From Tubiluchus corallicola (lineage: Eukaryota > Animalia > Priapulida): a DNA stretch of 64,000 nt. The notes beneath the pieces were generated by a model, which saw only the letters and a program-made list of their open reading frames with translations, was not told the DNA's origin and did no database searches. Each line of letters begins with the position of its first letter. The stretch's first letter is position 1. Made by a program: the position numbers and the translations under genes. Where the stretch lies: contig JAQGDQ010000023.1 of assembly GCA_030141605.1 (NCBI GenBank), positions 62,001-126,000 on the forward strand. Reading direction: 5' to 3'. This document shows, one piece after another, positions 24,701 to 38,684 of the stretch.

Positions 24701-27440
24701 GAAAGTGGAGAAGAGAACTTATTTTTGATTTCTGATGCAGGTGGAAAAATACCTGATGAAAATATAATTTCCCAAGAAATAATTAAGAAGTCGGGATCGC
24801 TTTTTCAGTTAAAAACGCATGCTCAGATACTAAGTTGTCCTTACGACAGACATGAATGGGGGACCAACGAGAAACAATAAGACTGAATGGGGCAGAGTTG
24901 AAAAGAGTAAAGACCTTTAAGTATCTGGGTTCAATGATAGACGAGACTGCAGGAATGGAAAAGGAGGTGAATTTCAGGATTCAGTGTGGTTGGAATAACT
25001 GGCGAAAAGTTTCAGGGGTGATATGCGATAAGAGGATTCCAGCGAGACTAAAGGGTAAAGTTCACAAAGCAGTGGTCAGACCCGCCCTAATATATGGGCT
25101 GGAAGCAGCACCTCTAAAGAAGACCGAGGAGAAGAAAATGGATGTGGCGGAGATGAGGATGTTGAGATGGATGGTGGGAGTAACAAGAAGGGACAAAATC
25201 AGGAATAGTAATATTAGAGGAACAGTGAAAGTATTGGAAGCCTCGAAAAAGATACAAGAGGCAAGATTGCGATGGTATGGGCACCTGAGAAGAAGAGTCG
25301 GGGAAGATCACGTGGGAAGGGAGGTCATGGAAATGGAAGTGCTGGGAAATAGAAGAAGAGGACGACCCAAGCTGAGATGGTTCGAATGTATTAACGGAGA
25401 CCTTAGAGAGAAGAACATAAATGTAGAGATGGTTAACAACAGGAATGCATGGAGACGACTTATTCACAACGGCGAACCCGCATAGGGAAAAGCTGAGAAG
25501 AAGAAGAAGCTCAGATACTAAGTAAAGAGATGGATAAAAATGATAAGCCATTGAAAGATGTCGAACTTATGTACATGATTAGCGATGAAGAACTAGATGG
25601 GGCACTGACAAGTATAAAAAGTGGTAAAGCATATAGAGATGACGATGTAGCTGGAGAGTTTTTAATTGGTCTTAAAAGTAAAGCAAAAGAAATGTTAAAA
25701 AAGAGCTCAACTCTGTCACTTTGACAAAAAGTATACCAGTATCATGGAAAACAGGAACAATTTCTCTCATTCATTAAAAGGAAGAAAAAGAAAAGATTGA
25801 AAATTATAGGCCTATAGCTATAATTTCAGTGGTCGGGAATTCTTATCAAATATTTTAAAAACTAGAGTAGTAAAGGAACTAGAATTAAGAAATGTGGTTG
25901 CTCAGGAACAGAATGGATTTAGGATTGGCAGAAGGTTGGAGGAGAACTTATGCATATTGATTTTTTTGAGAGAAATAGCTTCTATACAGGAACAAAGCCT
26001 TTGGGTGGCGATGTTGGACCTAGAAAAAGCTTATGATCGTGTCGACAAACAAAAACTGTGGCAAGTATTGACACATTTAGGTGCACAGCAATCCTTTCTT
26101 GAATTTTGTAAATCATGGTACCATGGTTTTAATGTTAGATTTGTTTGGAGACGTATCAAAACAGATAATGTAATGGTAACGTCAGGTGTAAAACAAGGTG
26201 ATCTTATGTCCTCCGTATTTTTATCACTGTATATTAATAAAATGTTAAAAGAAATAAGTAGATCAGAAAGAGGATACAAAATAGATGAAAGTATAATAGG
26301 GAGTATATTAGCTTTTGCTGATGACACCGCGTTAATTACAGAATTTGATATGGTAGTGTTATTGAAGATTGCTGATGATCTTGGAAAAGAGTATAGCATG
26401 AAATTTAGTGGGACCAAGTGTGCATCAATTCTCTTTAGTGGAGCTAATGCTAATGCAGTCTTTAAGATAGGTGACATACCTATACATGAAACAGAAAGAG
26501 AAAAATACCTAGGGGTAATTATAAGAGCCATAGAAGATAAGCATAGCTGGAAAGAAAGAATACCAGCTATTAGAAGAACTATAGGTGCCGTAAAATTTGC
26601 GACAATGCAATCAGAAGCAAGATTAGAAATAGGAAGAAAAGGCTGGAAAGCAATTGCAGTCCCTAAAATAATGTTTGGTTGCGTGGGCAGAACATACAGC
26701 CAAAAGGAAGTTGATTGGTATAACAGCATTCAAGAAGAATTTGTAAGATGGCTCTGGAAAGCAAAAGGATGCAGTGGTGCTGCTATTAGAGGTGAAGCGG
26801 GGTATTCGTCCTTTGAAGAACGGGAAGCAAAGGCTAGACGAAAAATTTTTAAAAGAATTATATTTAGTGATATATATATACTGAGTGATAATTGGTTACT
26901 GAAAAAAGTGGTAATATGGGTAGTGACACACAGAATTCGATCAAAATGGTTGCAAAGAATCAGACATTTGGGGGATAAATTTGGGCTTCCGGTATTTGGC
27001 AATATTATGGCATTAGGGGAATTAAATGAGGTAGGTCTGAATAAAATTTATGATAAACATTTGGGTGAAAAAGCATGGGATGTGCATATAGAGAAAGCTA
27101 TAGCTGAAACGGGATTAAAAATGTGGAATGAAAAATTAAGTAAATGTTCGACAGTAGAAAGGTATAGATTGCAAAAGTTGTATATCATTTGAACCCTGGA
27201 TGAACGATACACGGGGTGCGGAATTGCTTGTCAAACCTAGGGTTGGTGCATTAAAAGTATTGGGAAATCCCTTGTATGCTTGGAAAGTAGATTACTGCAT
27301 ACAAAAAAGACTTTGTAAATGTAGTAAAGATATTGAAACTGCAGAACACATAATATTAAATTGTGAATTTTACACACAGATGAGAAACAAGGTCTATTGG
27401 CAAGGAGTAACTGATGAAGAATGCTTGAGATGGCTGTGAT
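21709..27440 (+). mobile_element. Near full-length, inactivated non-LTR retrotransposon (LINE): ORF1 PHD/coiled-coil/CCCH; ORF2 APE endonuclease, RT and C-terminal Cys/His knuckle
   Basis: ORF1 PHD-like CKTWIHYKC..FSCPKC; APE motifs HNVQGL, VETWL, LGDFNAH, TIDY, SDH; RT motifs QNGFRIGR, LDLEKAYDRV, GVKQGD, FADD, KYLGV; CKC..ETAEHIILNC. Many stops and frameshifts. Clade not determined. Confidence 0.93.
24836..25508 (+). mobile_element. 5'-truncated RTE-clade LINE inserted in the older LINE
   Basis: Intact 209-aa RTE ORF C-terminus (FKYLGS, RLRWYGH, RRRGRPKLRW), (GAA)n tail, perfect 15-bp TSD GCTCAGATACTAAGT at 24821-24835 and 25509-25523. Confidence 0.95.
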
Positions 27441-27688
27441 TTGGAGTGGCAAAAATTTATGCAGTCTGCCTACTGAAGGACATAATGGTCAAAAGAAGAA
27501 GCATTGTGAATGTATAACTTCACAGCTGAAAAGATAAAATAAAGAGTAATATATATATTTAGCTGTGCGTAACAGAGGTATAATATTTATAAACCCAAAT
27601 TTGTTTTGTGTTGTAGCATTAGAGCAAGCATATGTGTGCGTCTTAGCGTTTTTGAGTAGAAATCAGGCTAGTAGTACAATATACATTG

Positions 27689-28100
27689 CTACTCGAACTG
27701 ATATAAAAGGGATTTAGGCACCGGACGGATGCCACGCATTCCTGTCGCTCCCACCATCCACGATGTATCATCCCTCAAATCTAGAGTTGTATTTGCTAAA
27801 TCTATATACATCAGTAGCTGACCTCCTCTCGGCTTTTTTGTTGTTTCAAGAGCTTTACATAATGCTATAGGAAGAGGAGATTCTTGATGTAATATTAGTG
27901 TATGCCCAGTCCAAAGCAATTTTCTTACTTTTATTTCTTTACTCCAAGAAGCCAATACCAGTCGGCAATTCCGACAAATAGCACGCTGCAAGAACAGAAA
28001 TCACGTATTCGAATGAGTTTTTATTCAGTTGCGTTTTAATTTGGTATAACCCAATTCGGTTATTTCAGTTTTGTCACAGCGTCCTCTTCAACATATTGCA
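27689..28100 (-). mobile_element. Decayed 3' ORF fragment of another LINE family
   Basis: WSKEIKVRKLLWTGHTL...KKPRGG is a typical post-RT LINE C-terminus; related fragment at ~37830-38060. Confidence 0.6.
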
Positions 28101-28419
28101 AGCAATCTAAGGAAAATTACGTAGCAAAAAATAATACAGTAGTCTTAGATATTGAGTTCCGAACAATAGTTGATTAAAACAGGTCTGCATACAACCACGC
28201 ATGTTCATTACATATTATTACATTTCTCCTTTACAAGTTTTGCAGAAAAATACATCTATAAAGTGTGAGTAATTTAAGTAAATACCAAGAGATAATACAT
28301 GGAAATCCTAATAGAACATGCACATAAAAAATCCAATTTTAAATGCCATCAATATTGCATATTCTTTTAGGCTTTTTTCGTTTTTGCAAATCTACATGTT
28401 TACAGGTTCAACTTCAAAG

Positions 28420-30350
28420 CTGGTTTTGTTACACGATCAGACAATGTTTCCACCAATTCTTGGACAGTAACGTAACATAGTGGTATTTATTGTTGGCCAC
28501 TAATGAGTTGTTAATACATTACATCACTAGACTTATGTTTGCATGGCGAGCCTTTAGGAGAATTAGGAAGAGCAGTTGTAGGAGAAGAAATAAGTGTCGG
28601 TAAGGCTGCAATTGTTGCTCTGTTTCTACGGAGTGTTGTGCCTTCATCACTCTCTGTGATAACTAGTCTTGGGTTTGTTGATTTCCCAGTCACTGTCCCA
28701 TAGGACTTCTCCTTACGTAGGTAGACATTTTTCAACTCCGGGAGGATTTTTGTATGATGTCTCCTGTTGAAACTGCCTCATGATTTGTTGCACATGATTT
28801 CAACCTTGGAGCGAACTTACTATCGCGATTGATATGTTCAAAATACAAACGAAGTCTTGGGATTCTTAACTGACGTCCCGTCAAGAGTTCCATTGGTAAA
28901 AGTCCATTCTGCAAAGGAGCAGCTCGATGCTGCAACAAGGCCAAAATGGATTTTTTTGCTTTGATGTGCTAAAACTTGTCTTTATCGTGCATATGGCTCT
29001 CTCTCTACTTCACCAGAACTCTATTGTTGAAATTCATAGCAGGTGAAACTGCAGGCCATTGTCACTGACAATGATATCGGGTGACTCAAGTTTCCAACCT
29101 TCAATGTACCGAGAATGCTTCCCTTCAAACTGGAAAAGGTTTTTAAAGAACTTTCCAGGCATTAACAGTTCCTTCTGCAAAGACTGATGTTTTGCACACG
29201 TATGGCACTTTTTTAACACATCCTCGATTTGGGCGGATATTCCTGGAGAACGTGCCAGGCCGCAGCATTTGCTAATGTCTAAGGGTCCTTCGTGTAGCCT
29301 GTCTAAAACTTCCAGGATCTGTGTGTAACTAAGAATTGGCACACATGAGAAGGTTATCAACTATACTGAAGTGCTTCCTTCAAGTCTGCTGTATTTTCAC
29401 TACTGACTCCAAATACATTGTTGCTTGGTGTCAACAAGCCCAATTCCAGATTTTTGTCTCGTGAGAGCAGTGGCTGATTTTAGTTCTTGGTGATATATAT
29501 TGCATCTTTTACACGCATTGCATACATATTGAGTCTTGTTACTGAGTACTGCAGAAAATTCACCAATCAACGGAAGAAGGTCCTCTGAGTTTCTTCATTG
29601 ACGTCCGTAGTTATTTTCCTGGTGGTACAAGTTTTTGCCCTATCATAGTGGCATTCACTCCAGTATCGAGTTTGAACGTACGGAGATGGTTACTAATGTG
29701 CAAGCTAGTCTTAAAGGACATGAAGAGGCGTCTTAAAGAAGTGGTTTTCCCTGGTTTTTAATGCCTGTTTTCTGAAAATTACTTTATACTGCCCTTTTCT
29801 TGACCTTCAAGAAGATCTTGATAAATTTCTTGATAAAGGTCTTCTACAACTCCTAGAAAAAGTTCCTCTTCTCCAGTCATCAACTTCTTGGCATTTCTTC
29901 TTGCTGTTGTTCTTGCGATGTCAAGTCTGTTTGTGAGTAGGCCTACTCAAGCTTGGCTTGATAAGTGATGTGCCCTCTGGTAGTGTACAATTTTTCCACA
30001 TCCATTACATTATGCACCCTGTGCTAAACATTTTAACTCTCTGATGAAATGTTCCAAAGTAATTTGAGCATTTTGTAATGGGTTTATTGACTGGGTGTGC
30101 TTTCTTAGCATTTACAGCCTCTATTTTCTCTGAAGTGGCTCCACGTAAGATGTCCTTACTTTGCTTTTGGGCTTCGTGTTGTCTGGCAAACATAACTTCC
30201 AAAGACCTTTGGACTGACTGTCTATAACTGCATAACAGGGACTATCGTTACCCCACTTTTGCACTAAACACCACTGGTCAGGCAGGGCAACAGCAGGTAG
30301 CATTTGTAAAGTCTTTGGTATGAGCCATTCACAGTATAGAACTCACAGCT
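28420..30350 (-). mobile_element. Decayed, internally deleted Ty3/Gypsy LTR retrotransposon remnant
   Basis: On the minus strand in order: gag knuckle CNGCGKIVH (~30000), protease FKLDTGVNATMI (~29640-29676), integrase Zn region LHEG...CHTC, core IIVSDNGLQF, then NGLLPMELLTGRQLR and LRRNR. No RT/RNase H and no LTR pair recognised. Confidence 0.85.
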
Positions 30351-32232
30351 TCCAAGACGCAAAGTGGATGCATTAGCACTAGAACAAATTTAACCATTTG
30401 TGAACGGCTACCATTTTTTATTATCGCCATCTGTCACTTACCAACACACAGACAATAACCATGAATGATAAAAGTCATGAGTGTTGATACGCCATAAACT
30501 TCTCATCTCTGAGAGTCGTCTGAACATTCACAAACACAGGCGCGTGATGGACCTACAGGTTATATAATATGTACACTGCTGCAGGCTGCATAATATCAAT
30601 TAATGCCTCCAGAAATTTTTGAGAATTTAGCGTTGCTATATTTCATTCTCGGGTTGACTCCGTCCAAAATTAATGAATAAATTGTGAATAATTAAGCGAA
30701 TAAAAGTTCAACTTAAAGCCGTAAATAAACCATGAACAATATCTGCAACTGAAAGTCCTCCAGTACCGCTACTCAAAATGTGTCTTATATAAGGCCTATG
30801 ACTTTTTTGCTACTGTATGAGTACAGACGTAACTAAATGATGTCAAATTAGGAACCATTCTGTTAAGGAGAATCTTGGCTATTCAATCATGCTACTTGCT
30901 TAAGCATTTGTAAGTGATTGAATTGGATTAAGTTAAGGAAAAGACGCCCTATTCAGGCACTACAGCTTAGCTTATTGAGTAGCTTAGTCTGGCTTATACT
31001 TGCGCGATCGAACACTGTTTTATCGATCGCCTGCTTGATACAACCCCAGAAAACCATCTGTTGTACAGAGTTCTAGGAAAAAAACCGATCGGCCAAGGAC
31101 AAATTAAGGTCGTATCATCTTTTAACAGGCATTTCTCCTTAAAATAGAGTAGACTTGAGCCTAAAGTGTATCAGAGTATTGCGTCTGGACAATTGAAATT
31201 TCTGCATTTACCGATTTCACCCATGTGATACTGTACATCGTTATGGTGAAAACACTTTCACTGCAATTCTTGCAAGTGTAGTCAAAAATCGATTTTTAAC
31301 TTGTCTAATTTAAGCAAATGCATTTCATAATTTACATAATTTTGCGTGAAAGTCCATTGTGTAAGCAGTAGAAACCTACAAAAATTATGAAACAATGTAA
31401 TCCTTGCTTCGTGAGAGCAGTTTTTCATGAACCAATGCAAAATGCAGCAAACTCCCACGGTCCCGAAGGAGCCAAAGGCCTGCTTGTCAGTTAGAGTAAC
31501 GGCTGACTGTAGAGGTGTATTTTAGACCTGCCTGTATCTTACTGTAGCAAGCCAAAATTTCTCAATGTTACATTAACAAATGCCTTGAATTAGCTGTTTT
31601 TTAATTGAGTGAAAATAATAAACTGACAGCCTTGTAAATCATGATCACTGATTGATCACATGATAATTCATGAGTAACAATTATATAAATATAAGCAGAA
31701 TTTTATATACATATGTATAAAAACTATAATCGTGCATAAAAGCACGAAAAAATGCTGTTCTGCCATTGTGTATAAAGTCATGCAAAAATGGGTTTTTATT
31801 TTACAGATGAATTCAAAATATGGGATATTAAGTTCAGTCGATAAAATGGCAGGAGAGTGAAAATGATTGCACCACTCGTGCATCAAATAATTTAAAGTAA
31901 ATAGTTCCACTTTGTTTATGTTTTGCTTAATATGGCACAAAGCTAAAGTTATAAATGGCTAAACTAAGAGCAGATTATAAGTAGTTAAGGTAGAATAGAT
32001 TGTGTAGATCAGGTGGGATTAAGTTTTGAAATTTGGATTGTGTGATAATTTTGCGTTTTCTTAATTAATTGAAAAAAAGTAATAATTGTTGACCATGCAT
32101 CTTCCCAACAAACTAAACTATTTTCAAATTAAGTATAATTTTTCTTTGTAAATAAATTTGTACAAGTACTGTAAATACTTTATACTGTGATAATCACGTA
32201 AATAAGATGATGATCGACTATGAACGACTCGT

Positions 32233-35200
32233 TTAGCGTTTCTTTGCGATCTTTGATTTTTTGCCAGTCGTCGTGAGAAAAATGTCACTGTACTGCAATG
32301 GCAAGTAACCATAAATCTGGATTAGTTCATTAATACATCTCGTTCTATTGTTTCTATGCATGTTTCCTGGTGCATGTTGTAGACCCTTGTACGTTTGCGC
32401 GGTATTATCAATTTTTTTGTACTTTTTTGGCACAATACACACTCCCGCCACGTCCTTTAGTAAATGTGAGATGGCAAAGTTGACTGCAATGTCGTCACAG
32501 TTGTTATAGTGGTCAATCATATTAAACACGCTCTGTGGAAGTTCCTGAAAAACCCGGAAGTAACTCCTGTGAAGCAACATTGGCCCTAGAAAATGAATAA
32601 AAGTGATGCTGAGTAAGTTGAAATAAGCTGTTGGCAAAGTAAATTAAAATCTGATAAGGTAAAGTATGGAAGATGTATGTCGAACCCAGTAGTAAGGTGA
32701 GATGATGGAAACACTAGCTAGTTTATTCATAAAATAATAGCAGCACAACTAGAACACAAAAGACCCTATACATTTCACAAAAACAATACTTTGATGAAAA
32801 CCCACCTCACTTTATATAAAGCCCAACTCGCACTTTTTATGAAGCCCACCTCAGACTTTATATAAAGCCCAACTCGCACTCTATATAAAGTCCACCTCAG
32901 ACTCTATATAAAGTTCACCTCAGACTCTGTATGATGCATACTTCAGATACATACATACATACATACATACATACAAACAAATAAGAAAAAATCGCTCTAA
33001 TATAGAAATAGGTGGCTAACCTGGAAGTATAATCGAATATTTTCCTCTAATATTGTATGTTATGTACTCAAATGATCCGTCTGGATTTTGCGCATGCGCT
33101 CTGCATTCAAATCCAAATATCTTATTTGGTATCTAAACGAAAAGCACATTCAGTTAGCAATTTTATGTACTAGTACAACAATTTTTTGTAAAGTAATTAA
33201 TTTTTCAGGTTAATACAGGTGCGTAATTATAATATTATAATTACACAAGAGCGCTCATCACCACTGATACTTCAAGTGTGACCTATTTAATTCATGAGAT
33301 TTAACTGAACAAGGGCAAATACACTTGGTGAGCAAAGTTATTAAAATTTATCACAAATTTTGTGGAATATTACACTTTAGTTGAGACGTTTAGTTCAGTA
33401 CAAAATTTAATCTGCAATGTTAAGAAACGTAAAAAGATACGAATGCATGCGAAAAAAATTCGGTGTGGTGTACGATCGTTGAGACGTTTTTACTGCCACA
33501 AAAAGTAACGAATTCGAGTTATACTTTGCTTCATTTTTGACATAATGTGAAGAAGTAAAGAATTAGATTTGGTTGTGTAAACAAGTAGCAGCTTATCCCT
33601 GTAAAATCACAATTAACTCGCTGAAGAGGTTGATTGATCATTATAAACTGATTAAAATTAAGTTATGACAATGGCCGTTTTCGTGTTACCATATCTGAAG
33701 AAAACATATACCTGTTTCCAAGCGGCATAGGCTCTGAGAATGTCATATTCGCTAATTAATGTGTCATCATCACTAATTAAGACAGCTAAACACATAAAAA
33801 TAAAGACGAGATATAAATAACAAACGAGACAATACGTATAATTAGAAATAACATTAAAATTTTTTGGCAATTCGCCATCTTTATTGCCAACGTTATCTTG
33901 ATACACTTTCACCTATATTTTATGTATTATTTAAACAACTTATGTATTTGTACATGTGTGTTCAAAAATGTCTTTATTGTTAGACTATGGCAATACATAC
34001 ACTTGGCCACAAATGTTTACACTAATTTCAACCTTATGCAATACGATACAATTATATTTGTTTTAAACATATAATCTAAAAGCAAAAAAAGTTCGCTTAA
34101 TTTTTTTGGAAAATGTATAAATTATAAAATTTCCGAGAAATTTGATGGATGCATTTGTTTACTTTAGCTCTCTGTTTCTTTTCTCTCTTTCTGTTTTTGT
34201 GCTTGCGCCACCTTTGACCGTATTCCTGCCACACGGTGTCTTATTTTGCATTTTCTAGGAGTCTACATCTAGTCTGCTGCCTCCTTCCTTATACTTTAAT
34301 AGGCAGTAATTAGATATCGCAAGTAAAGTTAAAAGGTAAACACTAATTTAGCAAGCTTTTAAACAATTAACAAGTTTCATTTTCCTTTCTTATAAATTTG
34401 CAAATCTGCAATAAAAACTGGCATCACTGATACAATATAATACTTTTATTAGACAAACAAAACGTTTATTGGGGTGCTCCCCACATTGTCAATTGTAAAC
34501 AACTGTGAGTCAAAATCTTTTACAATTGGTATAATCATAAACTGAAGTAATAAGGAAAATCTTTGGAACTAATAAAAGTACATTTTTTTAATAAATAACG
34601 AATTATAACTAATTTAATTAACAATTTAATAAATTTATAAAAGTAAAAAAATGTTTAATGAAAGTATAAATTTTCAGTTGCTTGAAATGATATATATTAA
34701 GTATCAATCAATATAGTTTTTCCTAATGCTTAAAAATCTGCAGAATTTCCTACCTGGAATTTGCGTCTCTGAAAACTATATCTTCACTCGAGTGATACTG
34801 TTGTCACTAGAAAGTTAGTTATACGAATTCTAGTGGCGTTCATGTAACATCCGGAATGCGTTATGCGTTAGACACCTGCAGAATAACTGCGGAATAAAAA
34901 ACAAATAGGAAATAAATACAGAAAAAATAACGCATTACGCAAATCAGATAAACGGGTGCATAGAAGACAATATAAACCGATTTTATCTATTCCGCACCCC
35001 CCCCCATAACGCGTACGCATTCCGGATGCTATATAAACGCCACTTAATGCTATTTTTCTGTGTTCTTGAAATGCCTTTGTTTTGGGCCAATATATCTAAA
35101 TAATGTCTATGACGGGAAATTACCATCTGTTAATAAATCAGGTGAGACTTTCCATCTATTCGCCAAGGTGTTTGTAGACGGAGTCACGACAACCAGCTTC

Positions 35201-35820
35201 TTGCCTCGACCCTCCAATATGTGCTGAGGAAAATCAGGTACATTTTCTCCTGAATAAACAAATTAGATGCATATTTAAGCTACTGAGATTTACAAACTAT
35301 TTTAGAATAAATAAATGAAAGAGTGAAGGAATAAATGAACAAACGAATGAATAAACGAATAAACATGTGAATGAATGAATGAGCGAACAAACGAATGAAA
35401 GGTACAACAAGTCACTTATTCTTTCACTCATTTCACTCGGTTCTCACTCAACCAGCAATCCATATCACATAGCCATACGTCTGTCCGTTCACCTGTCTTT
35501 CAGTATGTCCACTCACTCTTTCATCTGACCATCAATCCACTAAATTATGTGAAATCTATCTTACCCAAGTTGTGCCAGATCATCACAATCTTGCTAACAG
35601 AATCCATGCTAGCGTAGTTCATAAGCACTCTCATGAGTAAGTCATTACGTTTGTACGTAAGCAGTATCACAGTAAAATCAGGAATGATGCCATTAATATT
35701 ATAAGCATCATCACTTATCGCGTATTCATTTGTCTTATCTTCATGAACAATCAAAAGAAGCTGAACGCCGAGAAATGCAGAGAAACAAATAAAGCACACC
35801 CATCGCAGCCATGTCTTCAT
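32233..35820 (-). CDS. EXTL2: Exostosin-like 2 type alpha-1,4-N-acetylhexosaminyltransferase (GT64), ~306 aa, type II membrane protein
   Basis: Exons 35820-35565, 35249-35124, 33785-33712, 33132-33021, 32585-32233 (921 nt, GT-AG, in phase). Motifs FTVILLTYKR, IWHN, LANR, AVLISDDD (DxD), NCDDIAVNF, RTRCINEL..YGYLPL; N-terminal TM; no GT47 domain. Confidence 0.9.
32795..32975. repeat. ~21-23 bp degenerate tandem repeat followed by (ATAC)n
   Basis: AAGCCCACCTCAGACTTTATATA-like unit about 6 times in the last EXTL2 intron. Confidence 0.85.
34832..35044. mobile_element. PIF/Harbinger-like MITE, copy 2
   Basis: ~30-bp TIRs AGTGGCGTTCATGTAACATCCGGAATGCG / CGCATTCCGGATGCTATATAAACGCCACT. Confidence 0.75.
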
Positions 35821-36283
35821 ACCAAGAAAACTACTGCTTAACTAACGCGTCATAGATAAAATTTCTGAAATAAGACCAACATTGTATAAGTGCTTGTGAC
35901 GCAGACGCGGAAATCTAATCTCATATTTAGGCACGTTAAAGAAATTCACGTACGTCTATGTCACGGTCAGACAACTTTTGTGGTAGCCCACGCGCTGCTA
36001 ATAAAGGTGCACGTAAAACCTCCATAACAAGTCATTGCTTTAAAAATGATACTTTGGGTTTGATTTTAGCAAGAACAATTCTGTGACCTTTTTGTTTGTT
36101 TTTTTATTTGCAGTGAAAGAATTATTTGATAACAAGCTACGTTCGACTTCAAGCCTAGTTTAATAATAGTTTCACTCTCCCTAACCACAACGTAAAATGA
36201 ATCGTGATTTTGCAGGTGTGGAATTGGTAGCTAGTTGGCTACCTGGTTGGCTGGCTGGCCTGGCTGATTGTCTAAGTGAAAGT

Positions 36284-36530
36284 GACTACTGAACTGACTA
36301 ACTGACTTGACTGACTGACTGACTGGACTGGACTGGACTGACTGACTGACTGACTGACTGACTGACTGACTGACTGACTGACTAGACTGACTGACTGACT
36401 GACTGACTGACTGGACTGACTGACTGACTGACTGACTGACTGACTGACTGACTGACTCACTCACTCACTCACTCACTCACTCACTCACTCACTCACTCAC
36501 TCACTCACTCACTCACTCACTGTCTGACTG
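36284..36530. repeat. Compound tetranucleotide microsatellite (ACTG)n(ACTC)n
   Basis: Directly visible; explains the spurious SQSV ORFs. Confidence 0.97.
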
Positions 36531-37829
36531 AATAAATGAACGGATGCATTCACTTTATTCTTCAAGTTTGTTCACCTTATTTTATTTCTTACTAATAATA
36601 TGCTAATAATCTCTAGCTAGTGATCAAAGAGTAAAACTCGTTCAAATGACCTGCAAATTTGCTACCTGGCCATCGGTCATTTAACCTTAACTCGATCTGC
36701 ACAACAAGAGGTCTTTAACTTAACTTAACCAGGCAGAAAGAGCTGATAAAACACCTGCCTTTCTAAGCACAATGAGATTTCTCGTACAATTTCAGATGAA
36801 AGTGCATAATTACGGACACTTCACTGGCCACTGTAGAGTGATCTTGTCAAGAGTTTATAAACGCCTGGAAATTTAGCCTTGTATATGACTGGCTACTTTT
36901 GTAGCGAAAAATCGGGCACTGACCAGTGGTTAGTACATTAACCCGTTGATTAAGAGTTTCTAAAAGCCCTACCTTTCGTGTGAATACCACGAAGAAAACA
37001 GAAGTTACTAACGCCAGCCTTTAAGGGTAAAATGATTGTAGCAATAGGTTCTGTCCAAGGAATCAACGAGGTTGTGCGTTTTTTTCGTACATTTTTAAAT
37101 AAATTGTTTCAAATTTAGATGGGCAGCAGATGCGCTCAAGTTTCTCTTCTTCTGTTCTTTCCTGCCCTACGGGTGAAGATTGAAATTTATTGAATAGTTT
37201 TTTTAAAGTCAATGTTTGTAGATATTGGTGAGTATTTATAGACCACTATAACTGCTTGTGGTGTGTTAATTATGCGAGCGTCTTAGACTTGGGACTCTAC
37301 TTCTTCGAACCGGCGCATAATTAACCTTGAATATAAATAATTAGCTGGAAATTGATGTTTTTCAACGACGTTTTTATTGCAAACAAAACGGCCAAAAGTT
37401 ATAAGCAATAAAGATTTGCACGACAAAGTCAAGGAAGAAAAATAGACCAGGAAGAAAAAACGCAGAAGACTTACAGGAAGACAGAATGATTTTTCACATA
37501 CTATCTGGTTTTCATGTCCGATAAAAAATATACATTTTAACACAATTCATACTGCAAAAGCGTTTCTGACAATTAAATAATAGATTAAAAACGTAATTAA
37601 CGGCGGGCGAGCCAACTATTGATGACATCACAAACTAACAGAATTTTCAACAGCAAAAAAATTCCACGAATGTGTTGCTCGTGTTTGCGAAAACGAAAAT
37701 TGAAACACAGTGCTACTGTAAGGTATTCAGTGTGCTAATAATAATAATAATTCTTTCACGTAAGTCATTTTTGAAAAAATAGTATGTTTCCTTTCAACAT
37801 TTTAAAGAGTAGATTGTTTTTACCTACAG

Positions 37830-38060
37830 TTTAAGAATGTGTCCGGTTTGCTTTAACTGGGTGGGTCATGCCCTGAGGACAGTCCACTTATTAAAGCTTT
37901 CGATGAATCAATTCAACCATCAAAGAAGCCAAGGGGTGGTACATCGCTCACATGGATTTATTCAATCCCAGATTTGCTCAGTGGTCAAATATCCAGTGGT
38001 GATCTTGAATGCTGTGATGGAAACTCCCGAGAAAGCGAATCCGGAAAGCCAGCATTGGAC
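37830..38060 (+). mobile_element. Decayed LINE 3' ORF fragment
   Basis: Frameshifted NWVGHALR...KKPRGGTSLTWI, same pattern as 27689-27991. Confidence 0.5.
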
Positions 38061-38569
38061 TGGACACTCAATAAAGTATTTTTACAGCATTAACAAAGGC
38101 TCTTAAACCAAGCGGTCAAATATTGGCGCATACGCACCTCAGGCGGATTTGGCAAAGAGAACTAGTTTTGATAGATAATGAATGGGTGTTAAAAAACATC
38201 ATGAAAGCTTCGCAAAGTTTGCAGTACTTATGACATCTACGCACAATGATGATTATAACTTCAACAATATTTATTGCCTCTAAAATGATTACTGACCACT
38301 CAAATACTCACTCCTTGTTATGAGAATTTTAAGATCACAACACAAACGCTGTAACTATATAACATCATTTAATGACCGGCAATTTTAAAATATTTACCTG
38401 CTACAATACTGCATATATTAAACATCTAATTAATTAAAATGAGTACATAAAAACTTACATTGAAAGTCAATTATTAAGATTAAATTAGACACAAAGTTAT
38501 ATCATAATTATATAATTAATGAAAAGTTAATGTCTTAGATTTTCTTTGGATGGTTATAATGAATGCTAG

Positions 38570-38684
38570 TGAATGTCTGTACAGTAAATTCAACTTTAAC
38601 ACTCAGTAGCTTATTTGAAAAAAGACTTTGCACTGGTTTGTCACATCTTGTTTAACAATCTACATGTTTTCAGATACAGTCGGA
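38570..38684 (+). repeat. ~113-bp direct repeat, copy 1 (copy 2 at 40487-40599)
   Basis: GAATGTCTG.ACAGTAAATTCAACTTTAACACTCAGTAGC...CTACATGTTTT near-identical in both places. Confidence 0.92.

Noticed and set aside
26031-26729. 232-aa minus-strand ORF
   Set aside because: Antisense shadow of the LINE RT frame.
36231-36464. SQSV-repeat ORFs
   Set aside because: Translation of (ACTG)n.
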